Positions 56,103 through 64,000 of a stretch of 64,000 nt of DNA are shown here, piece after piece. Every line of letters starts with the position of its first letter. Positions within the stretch are counted from its first letter, which is position 1. Source of the DNA: Candidatus Moraniibacteriota bacterium (lineage in GTDB: Bacteria; Patescibacteriota; Minisyncoccia; Moranbacterales; DUUL01); NCBI GenBank assembly GCA_027008775.1, contig JALVDV010000010.1, forward strand, positions 32,529 through 96,528, given 5' to 3'. The notes under the pieces are model-generated. The model had not been told where the DNA came from. It ran no database searches and saw only the letters and a list, made by a program, of their open reading frames with translations. A program made the position numbers and the translations under genes.

Positions 56103-56810
56103 TTAGGATAATTTTTCCCGAAGGTCAAACTTTCTCTCTATACTTTTGGCATTGAATTCCAAATAATTGTTGTACTTTTGCCGGCGGGGAGCCAAAATTT
56201 TCTTTTCCGGAAAGAAATAAATAATTGTTCCGGAAATTCCCAAACCCAGTAAAACCGCCAGTAGGACATTCAGCCAAATCTTGGGCCAAGCGGAATCTTG
56301 CGGGGTAATCGGTCCGTCAATTAGCTTGATTTCCACTCGGTCGCCACCACCGTGATATTCCTGTCCGTGTTGGGAAAAGTTCCAAGCAATGGCGCGAGCC
56401 AAGTTTTCCGCTTGTTGGCGATTGTCGGCCAAAACGCTGATTTTCAGAATTCCGGTGTTATTGATCTTTCTGACTTTGACCGTCTTTTGCCAGGATCTTT
56501 TCCATTCCTCCGGATCTTGAGGAAAATTGTTGGTGACGTGAAAAGGTGATTGCAAAATTTCTTGGAAGAAACGATTGGTGTAAAGAACCCGGGAAAAAAT
56601 TTGACTGAGATATTCGGCCGATTTGGTGGCGGAAAAAGCATCCACTTTTTCCGCCGATTGTTTTTGGATAATTAAAACGCTAATCGTGCTTTCGTACTTG
56701 GGCGGAATTATGGCGCTAACGGCAAAAGTTAAACTGGCCAACAACAGAGTGACCAATAAAACAAACTGCCAGTTTTGAAAAAAGTTTTTGAAAAAAGTTT
56801 TTTTAGACAT
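56103..56810 (-). CDS. Wzz/YveK-like polysaccharide chain-length regulator
   Basis: TM-PPKYES..-TM architecture; NTGILKIS; PKIWLNVLLA. Confidence 0.85.
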   Translation of the reverse strand: MSKKTFFKNFFQNWQFVLLVTLLLASLTFAVSAIIPPKYESTISVLIIQKQSAEKVDAFSATKSAEYLSQIFSRVLYTNRFFQEILQSPFHVTNNFPQDPEEWKRSWQKTVKVRKINNTGILKISVLADNRQQAENLARAIAWNFSQHGQEYHGGGDRVEIKLIDGPITPQDSAWPKIWLNVLLAVLLGLGISGTIIYFFPEKKILAPRRQKYNNYLEFNAKSIERKFDLREKLS

Positions 56811-56827
56811 TGGTTCTTTGTTGATTA

Positions 56828-57781
56828 TTATTTGGCTATGGATAAATTATGATTATATTTTTTACGAAAATTGTTTTCCTTTTGGGCCATTCTGGATTCG
56901 CTAATCCGATTCATCATTGTTCTTTGGATAAGCAAACGCAACCTGGCCCGACGACCGCTCAGTTCCAGATATTTTGTTCGGGAAACATAATCTTGAAAAC
57001 CGTACAGTAAGGCAATCATAAAACCGTGACGACCGTCCAAAAACCCCAGACGGAAAACGTACATATAGAGAAAACGCAAGGTGGGCGTGAAAGGCAAAAA
57101 TTGCCAGAGATCTTTGAGATAAGCCTTGAGATAAAAGGGATTTAGAATTTCCCGCCAATTAAATTTTTTCAGTCCTTGTTGGTGAACCTTTAACATATAA
57201 TTGGCTTGGTAGGTGGAATAGCGATTAAATTTTTCAAAGAATTGTTCCAGAGTGCGATCGCTATAATGAAGAATGTCTCCTTTGATATTCTTTATTCTTT
57301 CCTTTGGCAAAACAATGTGGGCATGGACATCACGGTCTTCGTAACGACAAGTCTTGCGAAAAAGGCGGATGTTGTAGAGCGGATAGCGACCGCCCCAACG
57401 CAAAAATTTTCCGAAAAAATAGTGCTTCCTGGCAATGCCGAACCCGTCATACTTTTTTAATTCCGCCGGATTGCGCAAAAGCTTTTCAATGGTTTTTCTT
57501 AATTCCGCTGTGACAACTTCATCACTGTCCAAAAGCAAAATCCAATCGTATTTGGCCTGAGGAATGGCCCAATTCTTTTGTTTGGCGCTGTAGATGTATT
57601 CGTGTTGAACTACTCGGGCGCCCATTTTTTTGGCAATTTGCACCGTCTTGTCTGTGGAAAAAGAATCCACCACAAAAATTTCGTCCGCCCATTGAACGGA
57701 TTTGATAGCTTGCGCAATCAAGTCTTCCACGTTGTAGGTGGGGATAATGACGCTTAATTTTTCTCTCTTACTTTTATTCAT
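56828..57781 (-). CDS. Glycosyltransferase family 2
   Basis: LSVIIPTYNVE, VDSFSTDKT, WILLLDSDE, GFLDG. Confidence 0.93.
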   Translation of the reverse strand: MNKSKREKLSVIIPTYNVEDLIAQAIKSVQWADEIFVVDSFSTDKTVQIAKKMGARVVQHEYIYSAKQKNWAIPQAKYDWILLLDSDEVVTAELRKTIEKLLRNPAELKKYDGFGIARKHYFFGKFLRWGGRYPLYNIRLFRKTCRYEDRDVHAHIVLPKERIKNIKGDILHYSDRTLEQFFEKFNRYSTYQANYMLKVHQQGLKKFNWREILNPFYLKAYLKDLWQFLPFTPTLRFLYMYVFRLGFLDGRHGFMIALLYGFQDYVSRTKYLELSGRRARLRLLIQRTMMNRISESRMAQKENNFRKKYNHNLSIAK

Positions 57782-58079
57782 TCCGGGGTGTTGATTTAAC
57801 TAACAAGCCTAAATTGACCGATTTAGACTTAGCCGTGGAAATTAGCATAGTTTTTTTAATTTGTCAATAGTTGAATTTTGACGTCCCTCTCCCCTGGGAG
57901 AGTTTTTGGGAAAAGGAAAACCCGGAGTAAATAAATCCGGGTTTTAAATTTGAAATTTTGAAAATAAAGTTAAAAATCAAAATTTACCGAGGTGTTGTCT
58001 GAAAACATCTGGGCTACCTTGTTCTCTTCAGTAAATAAAAGTTTCAAAGTAAATCAGATATTTACCGTTTTGTCTCAGT

Positions 58080-59924
58080 TTAGTTTATTTCTTTGCCAAC
58101 CTTATAAATCAAAATAGAAGTGCCGATTTGGGTGATGGGTTTGAGATGGTTTTTAATTATCCAACGGTAGCTTTGATTGTCCGGTTTGTTTTTGTCGTAA
58201 ATGCTGTTCATCAAAAAATTAGCGGAAATGGCATAGTAGCCCGGCTCAATGGGACGACGACTATCCCACCAAGGAATGAATTTGGAGCCAAAACGATAAC
58301 GAGGGTTGTCGCCACCAAAATAATCAATATGGATTTGTTTTATTTCCGGATGATGGTCAAGATATTTTTCCAGTCGTTTTAAATCTTGTCCCCAGTCAGC
58401 GTTGGAGTCGGTGACATAATGATAGCCGTTTTTCGGTCCGCCGACAGTTCGGTTAAAGAAGGATAAATAATAAGGATAGGCGCTGATAGTTTCAATGGCC
58501 AGAAATAATAATACCAGAATGATGCCGGTTTTGTAGATTAGCTTGTGTCTGGAAGATTGAAATAAATTGACAGCTTTTGTTAAAATAAAAGATATTAGAA
58601 TAATGAGAGGCGGAAAAATCGGCAAAAGATGACGAACACCAAGATTGAGATTGCCAGTAATGCTCAAATAGAAGTATAAAGTTGTGTAAGCTAGCAAAAG
58701 CGACAAACTGACCACGATAAAATCAAGGTGCTCTTCTCCCTCTGACCGGACCGAAATTTTTAACCAAGAAAAAATTTGGGAAATGATTTTTGGCGAGAAA
58801 TATAAAACAAGGACAATGCTTAAGAGAAGGAGTGATAAAAAGCCGACTGTTTCTTTTAATAAAAAGACAACCGGAAAATAGGAAGGAAAGGCTTGATTGG
58901 AGACTTGTCCCAAATAGTAAACAGTGTTACCGCCGGACACTCGTTGCAAAACCATGCTCAGGCCAAGGCCGTATTCGGCCAAAGGACGAGTGAATTGACT
59001 TTGGTTTAAATGACTAACGATTTGGTGCTTTACCGATTTAGCCGGCAAATAATAATTGATGGTTTTCTGTAAGAAGGTGTTGTCAGCTCGTCGCACGTTG
59101 GGCCAATAAACCAGCCAGATAACCATAACGGAAAAGACGAATACCAAACCTCCTTTGAATAAATATTTTAACAAAGAGTGGCAACGGAGAACGGCTTTTT
59201 TCTTTGGAGGATCTTTTCTATCTTCTTGAGGGGCCGGTTTTAATAAAGGATAGGCAAACACAACAAGAGTATAAAGAGGTAGTAAGGCAACCGAGGAAAA
59301 TTTGGCCGTGTGAGCTAATCCCAAAAACAGTCCGGCCAAAATAGTGTTCCGCCAACTCGGCTTGACTATAAATTTGGCAAAATAATAGAGAGAAAAAGTG
59401 AGGAAAGCGGCGATGCCGACATCGGTGGTAACCAAATGATTGTGTCCCAAAATGTTCGGATCAAGGAAAAAAATAAGAGCAGCTAAGAGTCCGGCTGTCA
59501 GACCGGCTAATTCCTTGCTCCACTTAAAAATAAACAAACCAAGCAGTAAAGAAATTAAGATAATCGGCAGGCGCGACCAAAAAGCGATTTGATTGGGATT
59601 GTTACCTTCTTGCCAAAGCAAATTATGCCCCGCTTCCCATTGCCCATTAACTTCCTTTTGCCAAAAATCTTTTTCAATATCAAGTTGAGGACGAAAAAAT
59701 AAAAGAGGCAGAGCAGCCAAATCTTTAATGAGAGGGGGATGTTCCGGATTAAGACGCATATCATGAAAAAGCAAATAAGAATATCCGGCCGGAATGTGCG
59801 CCACTTCGTCAAAAGTTAAGGCGTCATTACGGGCATTCAAAATTGATACCGCCACAAAAAACAGTAGGACTCCGATAATGAGCCAACTGTAGTTTTTTGT
59901 AATCTTATTGGTTACTTTTTTCAT
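58080..59924 (-). CDS. GT-C fold glycosyltransferase (PMT/ArnT-like, GT39/83)
   Basis: TFDEVAHI, NPEHPPL, LVTTD, DSNADWGQDL; multi-TM. Confidence 0.88.
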   Translation of the reverse strand: MKKVTNKITKNYSWLIIGVLLFFVAVSILNARNDALTFDEVAHIPAGYSYLLFHDMRLNPEHPPLIKDLAALPLLFFRPQLDIEKDFWQKEVNGQWEAGHNLLWQEGNNPNQIAFWSRLPIILISLLLGLFIFKWSKELAGLTAGLLAALIFFLDPNILGHNHLVTTDVGIAAFLTFSLYYFAKFIVKPSWRNTILAGLFLGLAHTAKFSSVALLPLYTLVVFAYPLLKPAPQEDRKDPPKKKAVLRCHSLLKYLFKGGLVFVFSVMVIWLVYWPNVRRADNTFLQKTINYYLPAKSVKHQIVSHLNQSQFTRPLAEYGLGLSMVLQRVSGGNTVYYLGQVSNQAFPSYFPVVFLLKETVGFLSLLLLSIVLVLYFSPKIISQIFSWLKISVRSEGEEHLDFIVVSLSLLLAYTTLYFYLSITGNLNLGVRHLLPIFPPLIILISFILTKAVNLFQSSRHKLIYKTGIILVLLFLAIETISAYPYYLSFFNRTVGGPKNGYHYVTDSNADWGQDLKRLEKYLDHHPEIKQIHIDYFGGDNPRYRFGSKFIPWWDSRRPIEPGYYAISANFLMNSIYDKNKPDNQSYRWIIKNHLKPITQIGTSILIYKVGKEIN

Positions 59925-60104
59925 TTTCGTTTTTCTTTGTTTAATGCAGATTAAATTTGCTTATTGTCGTGTTTGTTTTAAGCGCCCCACTCCTTCCTTT
60001 CACTCCCGGACCCTGTCCGGTTTTATTTCTTTTCCGAATCCCCTATCCTCGTTCTTGCTGTTTTCTTTTATTCTTCCATTCTTTTATTCCTTACAACTTG
60101 GGCT

Positions 60105-60132
60105 ATTATGATATTATTGATAATATCATAAT
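60105..60132. repeat. 28-bp AT-rich palindrome, identical to 11771-11798
   Basis: ATTATGATATTAT-TG-ATAATATCATAAT. Confidence 0.85.
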
Positions 60133-60268
60133 ACTCTAACACCTGTTATAAAAATGCTTGCTGATTTTCGCTCTTTGTTTTGGTTGGTTGGTAAGGCAAT
60201 ACCTGAGAAATTCAATTCTTTGTCTGTCATCATTGTTGTTCGGTATCAACCTGGAAACGCTTCGTCAG

Positions 60269-62011
60269 TTACCAACTTCCTCCGCCACCGCCGCCGAAAC
60301 CGCCACCGGCGCCACCGCCACTAAAACCGCTACCGCCGGAGCTGGCGGAAGAGTAACTGCTGGATAACGAAGAATTGATTGTTGAATTGAAGGAATCCAA
60401 GCTGTTCACTAAGGCTAGGGAATTTAGATTGGCGCTTGCGCCTTCGTACCAGTCGGGGTTTTCCCGGTAAATGTCTTGAAATTGTTTGGCCCATTCTTTT
60501 TCCACACCGAAAATCATAGCGTAGGGTAAAAATTTTTCAAACATTTCCGGTTTCTTTTCCGGAGCGTTGTGAAATTTGATTCTGTCCTTTTCGGCGGTTT
60601 CCAGATAAAGTTTGAAACCGGCCAATTTTTCTTTGATTAAAGCGCCCTTCTTAGTGTAGCGAGGCATAATAAGAGCAAAACCCATAATTATCAAGGCGCT
60701 GAAAATAACACTTAAAAAGCCGGCCAATCCCAGAAAAGACGAAGAGAAAAAGGCGACAAGCATTAAAAAACTGGCAATCCCCATCCATTGACTAACAACC
60801 TTACTCGGCAAATTTTTAAAATAACCCTTTCTTAAAATAGACTTGCCAACTTGTTTCTTTATTTCCGGCAAGTGCCGGTAAAAGTTGTAAGCCAAATTTT
60901 CTGACTTTACTTGTCCATTACTTCCCAAAGAAAAAAGTTTTTCAAAGAGAACCATTTCAGCAATAGACAATTTTTCTTTTGGTTTATTGCCTTGCCCCAG
61001 AAAAACATATTTAGCTTTTTTAAATAAGCCTCCTTTTTCCACCTCTTTGATTTTTAACCAGCCCTTGACCGCCAGTTGAATTAACATGGCCGAAAGAGCG
61101 CTATTCGGCAGATGACCATGCCAGAGAAAAGCGGCTTCACCGACACTTAAGTTATCGGGGATGTCATAGTAAGGAATGATTGTCCCCCGCCCTTTCGGAT
61201 CCTTGCCCTTCTGGCGCCACTGCCAAAACATAAAAATAAAGGTCAGTAGAGGCAAAGAAAAAATACTGTTGTCCTGAAAAAAATACCAAAGCTTTTGCCA
61301 AAAACCTGGTTTTTGAATAACCTTCGGAGGAAAGGCTACAACCACGGTAACTTCCTCACCGGCGGAAATATTCTGACAGTTAAAAACTATTTGATTTTTC
61401 GTTTGACTGACAACGGAGCATAATTCGCCAGAGCCAGGCTCACCTCTAAAAGAAAGCGCTTTTTGGATATCCGGCGCTTGGATTTGAACAGAGACATTTT
61501 GCATATCTTCCAGCCAGTGAGCTCCGGTAACATTCCAATAAAATTCGCTATGATCGGGAAAGTAGTTGATGGCGCGACGAACGAGGTAGGAAATTTGGTA
61601 AGTATGTTCTCCGGAAATTAATTTGTCCGCTTCACCGATTTTTATCTCAATATTTTTTCCTTTTCGTTTCTTTTGCCAATGAGCCGGTTGGCCATCCTGT
61701 AAAACTTTAATATCTGTGATTTTGATGGAACGATGAAAGCCATGTTTGTCTGAATATTTTACCGGGATGAATCTGAAAATTCCGTGTTTTTGCTCGTCGC
61801 CGAAATCATAAATAATTTTTTCCTCTACTAAAACATCGGCATTTTTTTTAATTTTAATATTAGCGGAAAATTGTTTAATCCGGCCATTTCTAATAGAAGC
61901 TTCGGCCTGAGGTATTTTTAAAGAAAAATTATTTTGGAAAAACAACAAACATAATAATCCCGAAAGGAATAATATCGTCAGATATTTTCCGTTAAAAATG
62001 AAACTTGTCAT
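60269..62011 (-). CDS. DUF2207 family membrane protein
   Basis: KHGIFRFIP, EFYWNVTG, FEKFLPYAMIFGVEKEWAK, C-terminal GGGFGGGGGGSW. Confidence 0.92.
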   Translation of the reverse strand: MTSFIFNGKYLTILFLSGLLCLLFFQNNFSLKIPQAEASIRNGRIKQFSANIKIKKNADVLVEEKIIYDFGDEQKHGIFRFIPVKYSDKHGFHRSIKITDIKVLQDGQPAHWQKKRKGKNIEIKIGEADKLISGEHTYQISYLVRRAINYFPDHSEFYWNVTGAHWLEDMQNVSVQIQAPDIQKALSFRGEPGSGELCSVVSQTKNQIVFNCQNISAGEEVTVVVAFPPKVIQKPGFWQKLWYFFQDNSIFSLPLLTFIFMFWQWRQKGKDPKGRGTIIPYYDIPDNLSVGEAAFLWHGHLPNSALSAMLIQLAVKGWLKIKEVEKGGLFKKAKYVFLGQGNKPKEKLSIAEMVLFEKLFSLGSNGQVKSENLAYNFYRHLPEIKKQVGKSILRKGYFKNLPSKVVSQWMGIASFLMLVAFFSSSFLGLAGFLSVIFSALIIMGFALIMPRYTKKGALIKEKLAGFKLYLETAEKDRIKFHNAPEKKPEMFEKFLPYAMIFGVEKEWAKQFQDIYRENPDWYEGASANLNSLALVNSLDSFNSTINSSLSSSYSSASSGGSGFSGGGAGGGFGGGGGGSW

Positions 62012-62021
62012 TTTTTAGATC

Positions 62022-62714
62022 TTAATAATGTTTGTGGATGGAAATATCATCTTTATCAATAGTGATGTAAGTGGAAGGAATATCTGTCCAGCAACCGGAG
62101 TTGTAGTACTGGATTTTTTTACTTGTCTTTTTCATTGCTTTATGTGTATGTCCGCAAAAAATGACATCTGCTCCGCGCAAACGTCCGTAGAGCATGGCCC
62201 TTTTGGCTACTTTTTGAGAAGCTCGCAGCCAACCCTTGCTGTTTCGTTTGATAAAACGACTAATTCTTTTATCCCGGAAATCAACTACCTGGATAAAGTT
62301 GTAGATTTTATTTAAGACAAAACTTAAGAAAGCGTTGTTAACCAAGAAGTTGTCAAATTGATGTCCGTGAATAGCCAGATATTTTTTGTCGTTGTAATGC
62401 CAAGTGTAGTGCATATAGGTTTTGATGCCGGTCAGACTAGAAAAAAATTTGGTCAAACCAATGTCATGATTGCCAATGACCCAACGCACTTTTTTCTTTT
62501 TGGACAACTCACTAAACAAAGATAGAAGTTTCCAATCGTCTTCCCCTAGCTCGTTAAAATTCAGACTTTCAAACACGTCGCCGAGCAAAATTAGTTTTTT
62601 GAAGTGAAAATTTTTCACAAAGTCTAGGACCACCGCCGGGCGACTAACCATGGAGCCCAAGTGTAAATCGGAAATAATCAAGGTGTGCGCTCTGTTTTTG
62701 TCTCTTTTTGGCAT
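62022..62714 (-). CDS. Calcineurin-like metallophosphoesterase (LpxH-like family)
   Basis: ISDLHLG, LLGDVF, GNHD, HGH, CGHTH, NSGCW. Confidence 0.9.
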   Translation of the reverse strand: MPKRDKNRAHTLIISDLHLGSMVSRPAVVLDFVKNFHFKKLILLGDVFESLNFNELGEDDWKLLSLFSELSKKKKVRWVIGNHDIGLTKFFSSLTGIKTYMHYTWHYNDKKYLAIHGHQFDNFLVNNAFLSFVLNKIYNFIQVVDFRDKRISRFIKRNSKGWLRASQKVAKRAMLYGRLRGADVIFCGHTHKAMKKTSKKIQYYNSGCWTDIPSTYITIDKDDISIHKHY

Positions 62715-63189
62715 TGTAACGAATTGTTTCTTGATTTATCGCTGGTTATATTGATAACTTTCAATTTCTGTTAATAAACAAGTTGTAAATATCCGCCGGT
62801 TATATCTGTATTATAGTTGTTTTTTTTAATGACGTCTATTCGGATTGTTTTGAAAATCTTATTCTCTTGATTGGTAAACAGCTCAAGAAATATTTTATAA
62901 TTTTAGAAAGTGATTATTTAACAAGTGGAGATTTAATATTGATTTTTAATTTTTCCAGAGAATCTCGGAAAGAAATTCAAAATTAATTTGAAAAACCCTC
63001 CGGTTTTTTGGCTCCACATTTTGCGCTGTTTATTTTTTGTCTCCTCGAAGAATACAAAAGAACGATAATCGAGTTGTATTCGGTTGCACCGGTTGTTTTT
63101 AATTGTATTTTCACGCCAATTAAAGGACAACTTTTTACTAAAACCAAAATACAAACTTTATCACTGTGAGAAGATGGTCAGAAAGAACC

Positions 63190-63217
63190 ATTATGAAATT
63201 ATCAATAATTTCATAAT
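63190..63217. repeat. 28-bp palindrome variant in inverted orientation
   Basis: ATTATGAAATTAT-CA-ATAATTTCATAAT. Confidence 0.8.
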
Positions 63218-63561
63218 AGATGACAAATGAAGATAATGAAGATTCTTAAGGGGATGAGATGAAATGGAAAATATTGATTTGCAGGCGGGCAACACAATAA
63301 CTCTCTTGGTAAGAAAAAATAATTTAGCAAATAATCACCGACATTGCAGTTGAAATTTTTTATGCGTCTTACAATAAATTTTTACGCGCCAGAATTATTA
63401 TTGTCAGTCGCCAATTAAAATGTTAGGATTGAAACAAGTCACTTCTGGCAAACTTTGCTTTTCTAAGGTTAGAAGAGCTTGTTTGTTGTTTAGTTGCGAT
63501 TTTTTGTTTGTCTGATAATTATTTGTTGTTGAAGTTATTTGTAAAAAGTGATTTTGAGTTT

Positions 63562-64000
63562 ATGAAAATTTTTGCCAAAAACCCACGCGCCTCTTTTGAT
63601 TATACGTTCCTGGAAAAATACGAGGCCGGTTTGGTTTTGACCGGAATGGAAGTGAAGTCTATCAAAGCCGGACAAGCCTCTTTGAGAGGCGCTTTTATAA
63701 CACCCCACAAAGAGAACGAACTGTTTTTAACAAATGCCACTATTCCGCCCTATAAATTTGCCGGCTCGGTGGGGGATTATGATCCTACCGCCCCGCGCAA
63801 GTTGCTTTTGCACAAGAAAGAAATCCTTTATTTAATAGGAAAAGTACGGACAGAGGGATTGACAATGGTACCTATTTCGTTGTATAATCGTCGGGGTAAA
63901 ATAAAGTTGGAGTTTGCTTTGGCCCGCGGAAAGAAGAAGTACGACAAACGCGAGGATTTAAAGAAAAGAACGGCCAGACGAGAAATGGAGAGAAGGATGA
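63562..64000 (+). CDS. smpB: SsrA-binding protein SmpB (3' end runs off the window)
   Basis: Manual translation NPRASFDY..LEKYEAGLVLTGMEVKSIK...RKLLLHKKEI...ARGKKKYDKRE. Confidence 0.97.
   Translation, partial: MKIFAKNPRASFDYTFLEKYEAGLVLTGMEVKSIKAGQASLRGAFITPHKENELFLTNATIPPYKFAGSVGDYDPTAPRKLLLHKKEILYLIGKVRTEGLTMVPISLYNRRGKIKLEFALARGKKKYDKREDLKKRTARREMERRM

Noticed and set aside
60105-60132. 28-bp palindrome read as a XerCD dif site
   Set aside because: The length fits 11-6-11, but the arms lack the ATAA-N6-TTAT inner core, and there are four copies.
62022-62714. Calling this lpxH (lipid A synthesis)
   Set aside because: The motifs are generic for metallophosphoesterases and no lpx genes are in the window.
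63402-63435. Sequence ending GGATTGAAAC that resembles a CRISPR repeat
   Set aside because: Single occurrence with no second repeat at spacer distance.

Overview
AT-rich bacterial chromosome segment that looks like Patescibacteria/CPR, probably Parcubacteria-like. This is inferred from the missing rpmD, Lys/Glu-rich tails on ribosomal proteins, housekeeping genes without Shine-Dalgarno sites and CPR-type hypothetical families. It uses genetic code 11. 1-10.5 kb holds the S10-spc ribosomal cluster (minus strand) with an unusual rplE-rpsH-rpsN-rplF order. 18.6-23.3 kb holds a separate infA-alpha-rplM-rpsI cluster. Core genes include murG, mraY, rsmA, scpAB, aspS, ispG, ftsH, tilS, gmk, rpsA and smpB. 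A monoderm-type tad operon without a local Flp pilin is followed by rubrerythrin and desulfoferrodoxin. A surface-glycan cluster (wzx, GT4, Wzy/WaaL-like, Wzz-like, GT2, GT-C) is split by a ~4 kb accessory island: AAA_14/DUF4143 ATPase, HEPN toxin, frameshifted MNT antitoxin and a GC-rich secreted orphan, separated by copies of a promoter-containing repeat. Non-coding signals are a 28-bp AT-rich palindrome (4 copies, one with a symmetric double substitution), a ~170-bp MITE-like hairpin (3 copies), a candidate kissing-loop leader RNA and candidate attenuators before rplC and infA. There is also a 59-aa Zn-ribbon gene missed by the ORF track. I recognised no tRNA, rRNA, transposase or true CRISPR array. 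All calls come from reading the sequence by eye, with no database searches.
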